From Phoronis australis (lineage: Eukaryota; Animalia; Phoronida): 64,000 nucleotides of DNA. The stretch's first letter is position 1. Each line of letters begins with the position of its first letter. The notes beneath the pieces were generated by a model. It had not been told where the DNA came from. It made no database searches and worked only from the letters and a program-made list of their open reading frames with translations. Position numbers and translations under genes: made by a program. The stretch is from positions 43,335 to 107,334 of the forward strand of contig NMRA01000459.1 of NCBI GenBank assembly GCA_002633005.1. The letters run 5' to 3'. This document shows positions 1-14,327 of the stretch, piece by piece.

Positions 1-877
1 CCACAAACAAAATGGCGGAGATAGCTTTCTCCCCACACTATTGCAGGGGTTAATATCAATTAATTAACTATTAATTATTAAAACTTTCAACACACAAACT
101 TCGTTTTAAAATTAAATTGTGCTCAACTGAGTTGCACAAATCTCGTGCGTATTTGTTCTTAGGGACGTTGCATGAAAAGATTACTTATTTTCAATAATAT
201 TGAGAATTCAACGTAGAAAACTCGCAAACACCCAGTGGATTTAGGAAACATAATGTAGTCGCTATTTTGGGACTGTTTCATGCTACCGGGCACTGGATCC
301 GCAGCATCCGTGACTGATGGGATATGGAATGATGGGTAGTAAATTGGGGTGAGATGTGGTGAATGAAACTGGGGGCAAGAGGGATAGGGGCTTAAAACCA
401 GCAAGAGACGGAATTCCAGCTTGCAGTCCAGTAAACCTGCCTTGTATGCCCCCGTAAAACAGCCAAGATTCCTATTGAATACACATTTCATTTAGGGTAG
501 TTTTTACGATGCTTTCCACCACTTGTAAACCATTCGCAGTATAATAAATGTATTACCAGCAGTTACTTAAAAGGTATATCCAGCCTACATCGGTAGGTAA
601 AAATGGCTTCTGGTACTTCCCAGACAAACCACCCTTTTCTTTAGTCGCCACCAACAGTGGCATCACGTCTTTAACAGAGGGTTCTCGAGGCTGCGAAGGG
701 ACCCACTTTTGTGTGGGGCTCTAGACTTTCTATTAGTTAGCTTAGTGTATAACGCAGTTCTGACTCATCTGAGGTATCTCGTTTTGTAATTAATAGCCCT
801 ATGCTTGTGGCGACTGTCATAATGTACATGCACCAAAATAGAATTGTCATAACTACAAGAAGTAAAACATTGCCGTG

Positions 878-1256
878 ATCATCATCATCCTTAATGCCAC
901 CATCTCTACCGCCGCCACCATTACAATTGATGTGGTCGTCTAGATCGTCGTCACCACCAACACTTCAGTAACTGCCAACACCACCAGCACCGCCGTCATC
1001 ATCTTCATCATTCCCATAATCGTCATTGCCACCATGATCACTACCACTACCACTAACTACCATATAATCGTCATCATCACCAACACCACCACCGTCATCA
1101 CCAACACCCCCACCATCATCACCAACACCACCACCATCATCCCCAACACCACCACCATCATTACCGTCACTATCAGCACCATCATCATAACCACCACCAC
1201 CGCCACCAACAGCATCACAATCATCCACCACTCTCACCATCCCTACCATCCCCATC
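878..1256. repeat. Degenerate (CAC/CAT)n trinucleotide low-complexity tract
   Basis: Runs of caccaccatcatcaccaac. It explains the G/D-rich ORF 965-1348 (-) and the T/I-rich ORF 1034-1276 (+). Confidence 0.9.
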
Positions 1257-2009
1257 TGTTGTCCATGTACAGTTAATATAGCTATTATCTTGGAACATAC
1301 ATGTACACGAGCGCGGTGGTGTTTTGGTTTAATTAAACAATAATTCAAATCTTAGTAGGTTTCCAAGTGTGGTACACTTAACCGGCGTTTTGTGCTTAAA
1401 AATCAACACAAATTAACTTTAATAAGAACGTAGTATAAGTACGCTTCCTACTGTCATTGACTTTTGATGATTAAATTGTCAAGAAACTAATATCTAGTGC
1501 AGCTCAGTTTCAGCAATGATTTTATTTTGGCGAAAATGTAAATTACCATTTCTTTTAAAGAAGGACGCAAACAAGAAAGAGTCTGTGCGATCTTGTTCTG
1601 TGGTTCAGAAGAGTGAAAGTTTAAAGAATGTGACTTGTGATTCTGTAGAAAAAAAAACACAATTCGAAAACATGAGAGAATCACATTAATATTGATTAGA
1701 CACTAAACACCAGAGAAACTGAACGACGCACTATTACATGTGAGGTGCCGAGAAGATTCGTTTCATAGGAAGCAAACATACCGGCAACATCATGTCACTC
1801 TCTCCCGGTGGAATATATGACCTTGTTTATTGCATTTCTTCTAAACGCCTGTAAGTGTCTATAAATGTAGCTGGTATACTTGAAATTAGTAGACGTGTGT
1901 TTATAAAGGGTTATGTTAACTGTAATTATGATTTCATGTGTCATGAACAGCCTATTCTTTCGTTTACTTACCGGAGAATTGCGAGGTACGTGTATAAACT
2001 AAACACAGC

Positions 2010-4475
2010 ATAACTTAATATTCAGGATGACCTAGCAAAGTATCTTACTAAAGCGTACAATCAGTTTCAGAAGAGGCTTCCTTCCAAACTCCCAACTCCA
2101 GGGAGTTATTATCATCATACTCAAAGGTAATAAACCGCGAAGTAATATAAAAAATGGAGGCCTATCTCTCTCTTGAATATCAGTTACAAACTTTTGTCGT
2201 CTTGTATTTCCCAAAAAGTTCGTTCTGTAATGCAAAAGTTAATACACCGTGACCAAAAGGGTTTTCTCTCTGGGCGTTTCATAGCAGAAAATACAAGGCA
2301 GACTTATGACTTGATGCATTTTACTGAGCAGTTGAATAAACCGGGTTTACTTGTACTGGTGGACTTTGGAAAGGCGTTTGACTCCTTGTCTTGGTCTTTT
2401 ATTGACAAAGTTTTAAGTTTCTTTAATTTTGGTCACTCGATGAAAAAATGGGTCCATATACTAAACAGAGGGACAAAGCAATGTGTTATACAAAACGGTG
2501 TCACATCTAACTTTTTCGACAGAGGGCGTGGTTGCAGGCAAGGTGATCCGTTATCGCCATACATTTTATTCTTTGTGCAGAGATTTTGGGCTGGCTCTTT
2601 AGACTAGACAACAGCGTTAAGGGCATCCAGGTTGGATCGGTGGAATACAAACTTATGCAGTATGCAGATGATACGGAGATATCTTTAGATGGCTCGGCAC
2701 AGTCTCTGCGGAAAACACTTCACATTTCAAATCATTTTGCAAAATATTCTGGTCTAAAGCCTAACCTGGAAAAACAATTTGTAGGTAGCTATCAAAAACT
2801 ATGCTGTGACGTAAAACTGAAATGGGCAACATCAGAATTCACTTTACTGGGTATTCAATTCTCCAGTGATTTAAATGAAATTCCCGAGATTAATTTTAAC
2901 AGCAAACTTGGTGAAATGAAGAAGGCTATAGACATGTGGGGAAAAAGAAACTTGACACTGTTTGGAAGAATAACAGATGTGAAATCGATAATTATGCCAA
3001 AACTCATTCATTTTTTTACAAGTCTTCCGTCCTCTTCACAGGCCTTCCTGAAGCAGCAGAACAAAATGTTCTACTGTTTTATATGGAACAGTAAAACGGA
3101 AAAAATATGTCATAAGATTTTGGCTCAAGAGTACAATGTTGGTGGAGCTAGAATGATTGACGTCAGTTCTTTTATGAAAGCCATTAAATTAACGTGGTTT
3201 CGTAGACTACTTTGTCTAAGTACTACAAGTCCATGGGCTGTTTTAGCAAATGGTCTGTTATCAAGTGTTTCAAAGAATTACTTACTGTTCGGGGATTTCT
3301 ATTTTACAAAGATGTTCCAAATGCGTTTCGGAAAGAAGTCTTTCAATGTGTTCATGAATTCAGATTATTAGTTCCCGAAAACAATGGTATTCATCAGCCT
3401 CTATGGTTTAATTCGATTATACCGATAGATAACAAGCCTGTTTTCTATAAACGGTGGTATCAAAAAGGCATAACTCATGTACACGACTTACTTAATTCTG
3501 ATGGTTGTTACCTTAATTACGAGGAGTTTATACAGAAATTTGACTTTACCACTCAAGTAACTTTATTTTACGGTCTACGAAGCTCATTATATGCTAACTG
3601 GAGTCATCTCAGAGAGGGGAAAGCATCAAGTAATTTTACCGCGTCGTCCACGATACATTGAAGTTATTTTGGGAGATGTCAAGGGAGTAGATAAAATGTA
3701 CCACGTTATTGTCTCTCAGAATTGTGGAAAAACAAAGTGTCAAATGAAGTGGAGTAAAAAATTAAATCTCCCGGATACTGCAGAATGGTGGTACAATGTT
3801 TTTTCTTATATCTATTCATTCACCGAAGATGATTCTCTGAGATGATTCCAGTTTAGGCTGGTTCATAGAATTATAGGCTGTAATGAATTTTTCTACAAGA
3901 TTGGCGTAATTGATAGCTCAATGTGCACTTTTTGCTTAAATGAAATTGAATTTATTGTCCATGTGTACTGGTCTTGTAACGTTACTCAGCAGTTTTGGAC
4001 TAATAAAAATAACTGGCTCAAAGATGCTGTTGGACATAATTTAGAACTGTCTAGCTATGCAATCAGTTCTGTTTGGTGTTCAGGTGGAAGCAGTTTTACA
4101 AAGTATGGTTATTTGCCTCGGCAAGTACCACATTTATAAACAAAGGTTAAAGTGTAAATATCCCTGCCTTGCAATGTTTAAAAAGGAAGTTGCATTGTAC
4201 ATTTCCACTGAACGGTTTATATATATATAAACTAAATGAAGTATGGTGAATTTGTAGAGCGCTGGCAAGGTCTTGACCTTGTTTGCTTATTCTGAATGAA
4301 TCATAGCCTCTACTTGTTTTTTCTCCACTGTCAAATTACCTTTGTACATAACAGCACTGTAAGTTAACACCTTAACTGTTCCTTGACTAAAACAAAAAAG
4401 TTATTGCATCGTGTAATTGTGTTATCTGTACCGTACCTATTATATTGAATAACATGTGAACATAGCATAAAAAAA
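2010..4475 (+). mobile_element. 5'-truncated, frameshifted L1/Tx1-clade LINE (ORF2 reverse transcriptase to C-terminus, plus 3' UTR)
   Basis: Consecutive ORF pieces carry L1/Tx1 motifs: PISLLNISYK, DQKGFLSGRFI, VDFGKAFDSLSW, RGCRQGDPLSPY, QYADD, QPLWFNSII..FYKRWYQKGI, R*FQFRLVHRI..CTFC..E...HVYWSC. Several frameshifts and stops. The 3' boundary is approximate. Confidence 0.93.
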
Positions 4476-5133
4476 TTGGGATGATAGTTATGTAACAGAG
4501 CAAGTCTCCACTGAACCTCAAAATATGTATTTTCTCTCATCAGGCATTCGTTTCAGTTCAATTTGCACATGATAACGATCAACTTTCCATGAAAGCAAAA
4601 GAAGGGAAACACCCTTCTCCTAAGCCTGTCGCTAGCGAAGTGCCCGACACATACAGTCGCGCCCACATGCCCACGTAACAAAGGCGCACTGAGACGCAAC
4701 AAAGACATTAGCATAAGAATAACTGAACATTTGTAACTAAATAAGAATAACAATAAGCGTAAAGTTACGAACGTCCCGTCACATNGGTGGTCGGTAGCCA
4801 GCACGCAGGTCTCACTTAATTTTCCTCGTTAAATTTCTTACATCGGCGTTTCTGATTGGCTAGTTGAATTCTCAACTGGCGACGCTTTACGCAAACAAAC
4901 TGGCATGCCTGATGGACTGAAGTATAAATGTGGAGCTGTTGTGCAGACAAATCGGTGCTTAAAATTCATGTTCAGGAAATGTGAATCCTAGAAATTGTGG
5001 TTGCGCCTTTTCGGAGTGCATCTTTCTACTGTCGATGACTTTTATTTACGATACTGTCCTGTATTCATACAGTTTAAATAACACACCGGTTAAATCGGCC
5101 AGATGTGTGTTTATTGTACATGTATGTGCATCA

Positions 5134-5650
5134 GAATGCCAAACTCAATGTTCATCTCTATGGCAGGAGTGCTAACATCAAAGAACATCTCCTTCACTCT
5201 TAGAACAAGACTTGTGAGATGCTACATACATTCTGTACTGCTTTACGGATCTGAGACATGGACAATGAATAAAAACATGGAGTAAAAAATAGAGGCCTTT
5301 GAAATGTGGACATTCAGACGGATGGCAAGAATCAGCTGGACAGAAAAAAAGACCAACAAAGATGTTTGTAACTAGCTCAAAATTAAACCATCACTCCTAA
5401 ATACAATCCAAACAAGAAAACTGAAATACTTTGGTCACATTGAAAGGCATGACACCATCTGCAAGAAGATACGGGAAAGAAAAACAGAAGGGGTGAGCGC
5501 AAGAGGTAAACAACGCAGAATGTGGCTGGACGACATCATGGACTGGACGAATCTATCACTGCAAGAATGTACCAGAAATGCAAGAGCAGAGCAGAATGGC
5601 GGATCATTTCAAGTCGACCTCTGAGGAGATGACACCACATGACGATGATG
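5134..5650 (+). mobile_element. 3' fragment of an RTE-clade LINE with (GAT)n tail
   Basis: RCYIHSVLLYGSETWT...IEAFEMWTFRRMARISW...RKLKYFGHI...RGKQRRMWLDDI is typical of the RTE ORF C-terminus. It ends in gacgatgatg. Possible TSD ATGTGCATCA (5124-5133) / ATGTGCTTCA (5651-5660). Confidence 0.85.
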
Positions 5651-8600
5651 ATGTGCTTCAAGCACGCGGCTATTAAACATCACCGTAGAAAGGAAATAGT
5701 TGCTGCTACGCCACTTGCATGACAAGGCTAAAAATCGTTCACAGTCCGCCATTTTTCACGTTGTTGTAAAGCTAAGCAATGACTGCCGAGGTTACACCAA
5801 CCAATGCTACAGCGCGTGCTACCGCGTGATACCTGCGTGGGACGGGGCGGAGGCAATTGTTCCCCATCAAAGGAAAAGACATAGGCTCTTTAGGTTTGGG
5901 GTAAGGGGCATCCAAAAAAGATAAAATGCTAGGTTAAAAAAGAAATTTCTTGAATTTCACTTTCAGATTTACAGTAGTTACCCTACGACTGAGGTTACGC
6001 ATAATCCGAAATGGCCGTCTAAGCTAAGCGACCAGTTTGCCGAATCAATTGCCGACCGGAGAGGCGACTCAGCTGACGACTGCTAGCAGACCTTTGCTGG
6101 TCGGCTAGACGATTGGTCATCGACCGATTTCCGTCCGGCAGGACAAAAACTTGTGATTTGCCCTGTAATTATAGCCACCAACGTACACGTACAGTCGTCT
6201 CTACACTGGCGTTGCTTGTGAATAACCGTAATAAATTGTACTATAGAGGGAGGCGTATACTGAAGAACACCAATAGCAGCCTGGTGTGTTTTGCCGCGAT
6301 ATTAATTAAATTTGATAAAAATACTGAAAATCATATTTCTAAACAAACGACTTCAGCCATCTCGATTGGCTAGCGAATGACTCAGTCTGATGGCAAACAA
6401 GATTTCTACCCGAGCATAACATGAAGTACAAAAATATGGTACCACACTTTCAAGCATGCGTTGTAATTATAACCTTCAAATTGTTCGAATACTTTGTTTT
6501 TGTATTTGAATTTTACAAACGCGATTTCAGATAAACGAAACGCCTACAGACAGGGCAAAATGCTAACGGCAAGCAACAGGCAGACCAGATTAAAACAAGA
6601 AACTCCTGGTCAAACACTGTTGACGACGCGACTGACCGAATTTTGATGAAACTCCAAGCAAAGGTGTAGGGTTGAAATGCGCCGCCACTAATAGATTCTT
6701 TGAGGTATTCAACTACTTGGCACCACTATTTGGCGTTTTAGCTTAGTCGAAAAGTAATTCCTTGTTTGTTAATTGTTCCTGAAACAACTAAGTATATTTT
6801 GACGAAACCTGACCGAAGGGTAATTGGACAATATAGCCATACTATTTGGGAATGGACCGTCACAAGTCGATTTTCGTACCAGCAACTGTTGGCCACTTTG
6901 GTTAGTGACTAGCAATTAGTTGTACGCTATTATTGCCAAAATGGACGGACATATTTTCAATAGCGTAAGCGTGTTTTGCTGAGATGCCGGCACCCGCACA
7001 AGTCGATTTCCAGCCTTGACCAAAATTAGTCTAACGTCATATATTAAAGGATACAAATTTATGAACAACCCATGAAGTACACAGATGTCGGTGCAATAAC
7101 GAGGGCATTTCATTTTGTATATTAAGGGAAGACTTTTAATCCGTGTGTTTAGAGTAAACGTTATTATTTTCAATCCGCTCGTACATCAAAAATTATGATA
7201 TCAGTTAAGGTTTACTGTTAACACATCACACTGGGTTACGTAGGAAACATTGACAAATCTATTTTATCAAATTATACTGGAAACCAATTTTGATACGCTG
7301 GTTTGCAGGTTCATCAGAACTTCGCGCTCCACATGACTGATATGTGTGCGCTATAGGGATTATCATTAGAAAGCACATGGCCAAGTGACAGTGAATGAGT
7401 GCTAGCCTTTCTATAATTTAGAGTGGTCATCTAAATAAATTATTAATATTGACTGGCTTTTAGAATAGCGAAAATCACGTGTTTATGTCACTCATGTGAT
7501 TACTTGAGGGTTAACCATTATCAATGTATGGTTTCTACAGTGTATGACGTTTGGGTGAACCAAGGAGTCGCGTGTCAAGAGTCGTAAATACATGTATTTT
7601 CTCACAACGTGTTAAGGACTGTGCTTTGCAAAGATGGCAGTCCGATGTTGATTATATTCTAAGTTAAACTACTACAACAATTTTAAGGTTGTATTTGAAC
7701 ATGAAAACTATTTAGAAGTTGATAATCTTCCAAGTTCAAAGTTTTACACGTTTTCGATGTGCAAACCACAAACTGGAAGTATTGAAACTGGTCGTCACGT
7801 AAATGTGATATATCAAGACAGAGTGTGTACATTATGCTCGAGGAATTGTGTCGAAAATGCATATCACTTTTTGTTACTTTGCAACACTGTTTCCAAATCA
7901 TAGCTACGTTTCTAAGCGAGAGCCTCTGGACAAGTCCCTCTCTGTTTAAATTTCATAGACTGTCATGTAATCCTGATACCTCAGTTGTGAAATAAGTATG
8001 CTATGCATCTAAAAAAAATAAAAATAAACGGAACAGCTTGTGTATTGCTGAATAGTGTGCATAGCACCGCAATGATCTTGTTTGTTTGTTTGTTGTACTT
8101 TGGACCGATGGCCATGTACATGTATACAAATAAAGAAGATGAAATAATGGTTTCTGCTTGTAATTTCGTTCATAAACCCAGCATTCGCAAGTATTCCAAT
8201 GCCTGACACGCTTAGTACATTACTATAATTTTTGTTGAGTTTATGACGAAGTCGACCTTCCCTACTAGGCGGTCTACTCATTTTTTACCAGAAACGAGCA
8301 TTGTGATAAAGGCATAGATATCTCCAGTGCCTTTTCTTGGGATAACTGAAAAATAGGACGAGAGGGGGTAGCTCCAGTCTTTTCAGCCAGTGATCGCAAC
8401 TTCATTTTTCCGTGTGGCTAGGTATGTCTTCAAATAATTGATATTCTTTAACATTCCTCTGTACATTTTATGTAAAAAGCAGCTTCTTTTGCACTCCTAA
8501 AATGATATTATTAAGCAAGAGGTGGCGCTGTATGCAACCTTTTTAGCCAATCTTAAGCTCAGAAATTGAAAAAATGCACAAGGTCATTTCCATTAATACA

Positions 8601-11137
8601 TTTAATGATGAAAAAATGTAGTCAAGGAAACCTTCAGCTTTCGAGCTCTGTTGAAAAACGTGAGAAAAACATTTCAACCAGATACAATGGCTCTTAGCCT
8701 TTTCTGGGTATTTATGTTTATTTTACTGAATATTTCATAACAAACATTAAGAAAACATTTCAAGCAAAGCTGAATATGTTTAAAATTTACACTTAAGTGC
8801 GTTCCTTGTTGTTTTAACCTTTTGACCTTTCCAGATAAAGACTAGTTCTTGTTACCACGGCTAGTTAACACCTTCTGCTGTAAACTACAAGGTGGCCAAA
8901 CTTGCGAAATATTTTCACTAACAGCAAAAATAGATGTTTAACTTAGATTTTGAGAGGAAATGTATTTTTCTGATTTTTTCAGCTTATAGCAGTAATTCTT
9001 GGGACCTATATCGATTTCACACACAGGTCCTCCAACTAATGTTTATCGGTCAATGTTTCTAGTAAGGCTCCTACCATTTTGCTTGACCAATGGTCCCCGT
9101 TGCGTCGAAACCACAACGAGAGTCATTTCCTATCTAATTTGATAAGAAAATTTAGGGTTCAGTTTAATTTTGTTTCATTATTATTACTCACAAGTTACCA
9201 AGGGATAACTGATAAATTTCAGATTGGGTACAGTGTAGTTCCAAATTTTATCACCAGGTGGCGTTGATAAATTTTGAAAGTTGCTTTAAATTAGCTAAAT
9301 TCAAAGATCACATATCATGAAAATGCGCAAGTTTAAAAATTGGGACTTTTTACGTTTATAACAGTCAATAGTTCAAAAACATCAAAACTAAGATGCAACC
9401 CTGAATGGTCGCAGAAATTGCTTTATAAGCCTCCTGTTGCCTATAACCCACGACGTTGTAGACATGTACCGGATATGAAGGCGAATACAGGTCGCGGAAA
9501 CCCCTGGACTGATGGCTGGAGACAGTTTTGATATTTGTTAAAGTCGTTAAATTTCCGTATGCGCCTACGTCACATTCGACCCCGTCCAAACCTTTGCTCA
9601 ACTCCTAGTAAACAATCAGATAATTTCATTCACATTTTGCGTGACAACATGAAAAGTACTACTGACTATGATTAGCTATTAATGATAAATGGCATTTCCC
9701 CATTCTGATTGGGCTGATCATAAAATGAGTATTCGAGCGACAATAACCTTGTCGGAGGTCTGACAGCCTTGGTAATTGTCGATTTAGTTGACGAAAGAAA
9801 AAATTGGGCAAATGAGATTATTCAAATTAATATTCCAAATTTGAGACTTTTTAAAAAGACGATGCATGAGGATTTTTTTAAATTGTCTTACTCTTTAACT
9901 GCCGGTTTCGGAATTATCAAAAGTTGCCATTTTCACCACCGACAATGAGAAATTTCAAATGCTTTTTGCGTAAAAAATTAAATAGGTACTGCTTCACTCG
10001 AGAGGGTGGTCGACTGGGCGAATTCACAGCCCTTTCCGCGGTAACGTCTCGTGCCGCACCTTTAGTTTCTTACTATATCAAATATTGTCACTTTTTACAC
10101 TGATAGAAAAGTTTGCAGACGAAAGGTTTCACCTGAGCTTTAGATATCATAATGAGCTGTAGGCACTGAATGATTGAGAGTCTCAACAGTCTCAATAAAA
10201 CTGCCTCTGCTCAACGATAGGTAATGTGTGACAAGATGACTTTGTTCTATTGGCAAAGCAAAACACTCGGGTGAAACCAGGAGCGAAATGTTTTAGCAGA
10301 AAAAGAAAAAAAAAACATAAAGCTCGAGGGAATACTGTTAAAATAACATTAACTGCTGTATACACGATCAGAAATTACATCCTGCTTTGTAAAGGTAAGG
10401 CTCAATGTTATCGTAGTGTACTTGAAACGGCAGTTCTTTTTCAAAATGTTTGGTTTTGGGCATGAAAAGTGACAGTACAAACTGTGAATGCTTTTGACTC
10501 ATTTAATAACTTGAATCAATCAACTGCCGTAGAAAAACGTCCAAATAAAATAATAAAATGAAGCAAAATTTGTTATGATGCAATTTCACTTTTATCACAG
10601 TATAATATTACTAGTTGATTTGACTTTACAGGGGTAATTTTGAAAGTGATTTTAGACAATTTTGCATATTGTAGTTACTCAGAAATTTAATTTGAATCTT
10701 TTGTATTAGAACATTAAAAATCCAGGCATGAAGAGGTTCCGAGTGCTCGAACTTAAGTCTTTCGGCTAACCACTCTCCAATTTGAAACCCGTATGATTTG
10801 CATCATGAAGTCCGCACATGCGCAGGCATAGTTACTTTAGAGGGGAAATTTTAGGCTTTGAAAATAACCGAGGTATCCAGATGTTTTCGGTAAACATCGT
10901 ACACGACAGCGCAATTTGCCGAAGAAATGTAGCCTAGACGATTTTGTCAAAAACGGCAGGAAACTGAAGAGCCCGGGGCACTGTATGGTAGCTGGCTGGA
11001 TAATCTTTGGGTGGCTTCAGAAGGTTAAGTGAAGACAAAATACCTTCAGACGGTCTGTCGAAGGCGGAGTTTGTGACACAAATTGAGGGTTATTATTTAT
11101 ATTTGCACACTCGGTACAAAAGGAGATTCGAATGTTT

Positions 11138-11306
11138 CGAATCGATAGCCATTCGTTCACGACGGCCACGTGGTGTGCCTGGTGTTTCCCTTACAAGTTA
11201 ATTTGAAGTATGTTTCCAGTTCGGATCGATAGACATTCGTTCACGATTGTCACGTGGTGTGCCTTCATGGGGTTTCCCTTACAAGCTAATTTGAAGTATC
11301 TTTCCA
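11138..11306. repeat. Two-copy ~85-bp diverged tandem duplication
   Basis: atcgatag(c/a)cattcgttcacga..cacgtggtgtgcct...tttcccttacaag.taatttgaagtat.tttcca occurs twice in a row. Confidence 0.8.
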
Positions 11307-11749
11307 TACTCCCCGCGTCCAATGAGACCAGTAGATCACGTGATCAGTCAGCGTAAGGTCACATAAACTCCACTGATTGAGGTCGATAGTCGAAATACTG
11401 CAACTACATGTAACTGTGTCTGTATACTTTGTGATTCTGCTATTCATACTCAGCTAACGTCGTCTCGTCGATGTTTTGGGGAGTTGTGGTCAGCATGAAC
11501 GCTTAACTTCAGTCCTGGATCGAAGTTGACAGCACCAGTTAACTTCGCAGTAAACAGGTGGATGTAAGAGTAGAGCGCCGACGCTGCGGAGCGGTACGAA
11601 TGGTTAACTTCTGTCTAATCGAAGTTATCGTTACATGTAGGTGCTCCTGTTATCGTCAACAATTACAGGGCAGTGTCGTCGCTAATAGTTGCTTATACTT
11701 TGGTCTAATAAACACCAATCAAGATGACTTTATTAAGTCTAAGTAAACT

Positions 11750-12688
11750 CTAATTGGTAATTCCTACTGGCGCGACGTATTTGGAAGTATGACATCTTTC
11801 TACAAGAAAATAATTGTTGCATGTGAAGAGGACTTTTTGAATCAAACTTAATTTTGTGGTTTAATAGTAAATTGGCGATCGGAGGCACAAATGTTTTTTA
11901 TAAGCCTTGGTTTGTAAAAGGCATAAGATTTATTAGAGATATGTATACCTCTGGTGGTGATTTCGTTAGTTTGAACCATATGAAAAATGGGTTCTATGTA
12001 AAAACTAACTTTGTAGAATATAATGTTGTTGTATCTGCTCTAAGAAGGTTTCAAAAAAGTCTATTTCAAATAAATTTAAAATTGTAAATGTCTACTCTCC
12101 ATGTATGCCTTTAGCAATTACTCACTTACGGAAAGATTTGAAGGGTTGTAGACATATAAAATCTGTTCAGTTTTTAATGACGTTAAGAAACCTTTTAAGT
12201 CTGAGTGTAATTGGGAAAAAGAGTTGGGAGATAGTTTAGATTGGAAGAAAATATAAGCATTGCTTTATGAAATTACAAAGGATCCTAACATTAGATGGTT
12301 CCAATTTAGAATACTACTCAGGATTACTGCAACAAATGCCTTTTTAGTAAAAAACCGTGTTCGGGATTCTAACTTATATTCCTTTTGTAATAAAGCTCCA
12401 GAGATGCTGTCACATCTTTTTGGGAATGTCGCCTTGTACAAGATTTCTGTAAGGAATTCGGAAAGCTACTTCAAAAGTGTCCCATTCAGCTTCCCAACTG
12501 TCTCTCTTACGAGCGTGTTATTCTTGGACTTTATGAGAGCATGATTTTCTATTTAACATTTTGCTTCTACTAGCCAAACAGTACATTTACAAGGAGAGAT
12601 GTCACAAAAAATATACTTAATTTTCACAAGTTTGTTACATCTACGTATGAGTACTATTACGCCGAAAAATTAATTGCATAAAACTTTG
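11750..12688 (+). mobile_element. Second decayed L1/Tx1 LINE, 3' part of ORF2
   Basis: WFNSKLAIGGTNVFYKPWFVKGIRFIRD and IRWFQFRILLRITATN..SFCNKAPE..HLF match the same C-terminal region as 3400-4000, but the copies are diverged. The 3' UTR probably resumes at about 13670-13890. Confidence 0.85.
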
Positions 12689-13670
12689 TATAAATACACA
12701 GAACGTACCGAGCGTGTCGACCGAGACCGAATGTCGAGTGGGATATTATTTCATGTACGCCACTCGAAGTACGTTTTGTATTTATCACATACGCATCGAA
12801 TTCGTGAGTTTCTTTTGTTTTCTGTGGCATTTTATAAATACTTCACCCTGACTGTTTATGTGGCTAATCACAACCTGTTGTGTATGTACGTGCGCGTTAT
12901 GTTGCTAACTTACTATAGGAAAGAAAACAGTTTTAAATGTAACGGTTTATTACTTGAAATTGATAAAAAGTGTGAAAACGACAGTTTTCGTGCATTGAAC
13001 TTGTATCATATTTCGAAAATAAATAAATAACAAGAATATTTATAACATCGTAAAATCCTCATCGGATAGCTGCACTCATTCATGAAACTAGGTCATTGAC
13101 CGGAGCGTCGTCTGCTTTCACGAAGATGGTACAAGTGCCACCGTTGATGACAGATCCGGCGAATATGTCTATTGTTGCGTTGTTGCAGGTACGTTGTCGC
13201 ATTTCTACGGATTCTGTAGCCTTGGTACAATGCTGTATACTAAATGTACGACAGTCTGTTGATACAGCTAGCTGGCTGGCTACGGATTCTGTAGCATGGA
13301 TAGGCTCATGTGTTGCTGGGACGGTCGTCGTTGCTGCTCGTGTAATACTGTCGCCGATAGTATCGGGTGCTGTCATGGCCAGTGACAACAATTACATTTG
13401 ATGCGAGGAATCGGTGCCCGAGTTGCAGACGATATATCTTAGCAATATAAAACTGAGACAGATGTTACGATTGAGACCTGGTTGCATGTTGAGTGGTATT
13501 TACACTGCTACAATTGTATTACTTTAAGATATTTTATGAAAGTTTGATGATCTAACCGGCTAACGACGTCGAGTCGACATTGACCTACCTTTTGAACCTT
13601 CAATGTCAGAAGTCACTGTTGAAGTAGTGCGGGAGGTGAATACGGAAAACATTATTACATGGCCGTATTT
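12689..13670 (-). mobile_element. Crypton-like (tyrosine recombinase) element remnant
   Basis: Terminal inverted segment ataaatacacagaacgtac...cgagtgg..ccactcg..gtacgttttgtatttat (12689-12785). ORF 13080-13391 (-) is S/T/A-rich and ends in IFAGSVINGGTCTIFV, like the C-terminal tail of Crypton/DUF3504-type proteins. attattacatgg near 13650. No intact recombinase is visible. Confidence 0.5.
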
Positions 13671-14327
13671 CCCTTGACAGATTCAACACGTATGGGATAA
13701 GACAGCTTCTCTGCAAAATTGAAAAATTTCATTGTTCACGTTACTCCATGTACTGAAGTTGTTTATTTTATACGAGATACGAGAATGGTCTCTCGTGAGG
13801 TGTGCATGCGTGAATGAATGAATGTACTTATTTATGTGTTTGTTTTTGTTGTACTTGTTTATAAATGATAATAAATACCTGAAAAATAATCACCAATCGA
13901 ATTATGTCAATTAACATATGTAAATGTTCCTAAATTGTCAGATTAAAATCTTAACGATGTGCAGCGCTACCTTGCGATTACTTCGATGACAACAGTGTCA
14001 CCTACCGTATATTTTCGAAGTTCTCACTACCGAAGCCCGAACGGTTTAGTTAACGCTCAGACCGGAGTTAAGTCAGTATGAAAAAGCCTTATGTTGTTTG
14101 CAGAGTAGTCGTAAGCTGTGACGCTAAAACAAAATGACCGTTTCTACCATGTGAAACGGAAATCCCGGCGTTTGCAGGTGCAGTCGTGAGTTTAACGAGA
14201 TGTATACACAATAGATTTCTATTAAACCAAGTTTACACACTTTTCAGACGAAGACCTTGTATAATACAGACCAAAGAAATCTCTACGACTCGGAAGTGTC
14301 TCGTATTACCCATTGACGACTGGCCGG

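Noticed and set aside
965-1348. Gly/Asp-rich 127-aa ORF and overlapping Thr/Ile-rich ORF
   Set aside because: Both are translations of a trinucleotide low-complexity tract, with no domain or splice support.
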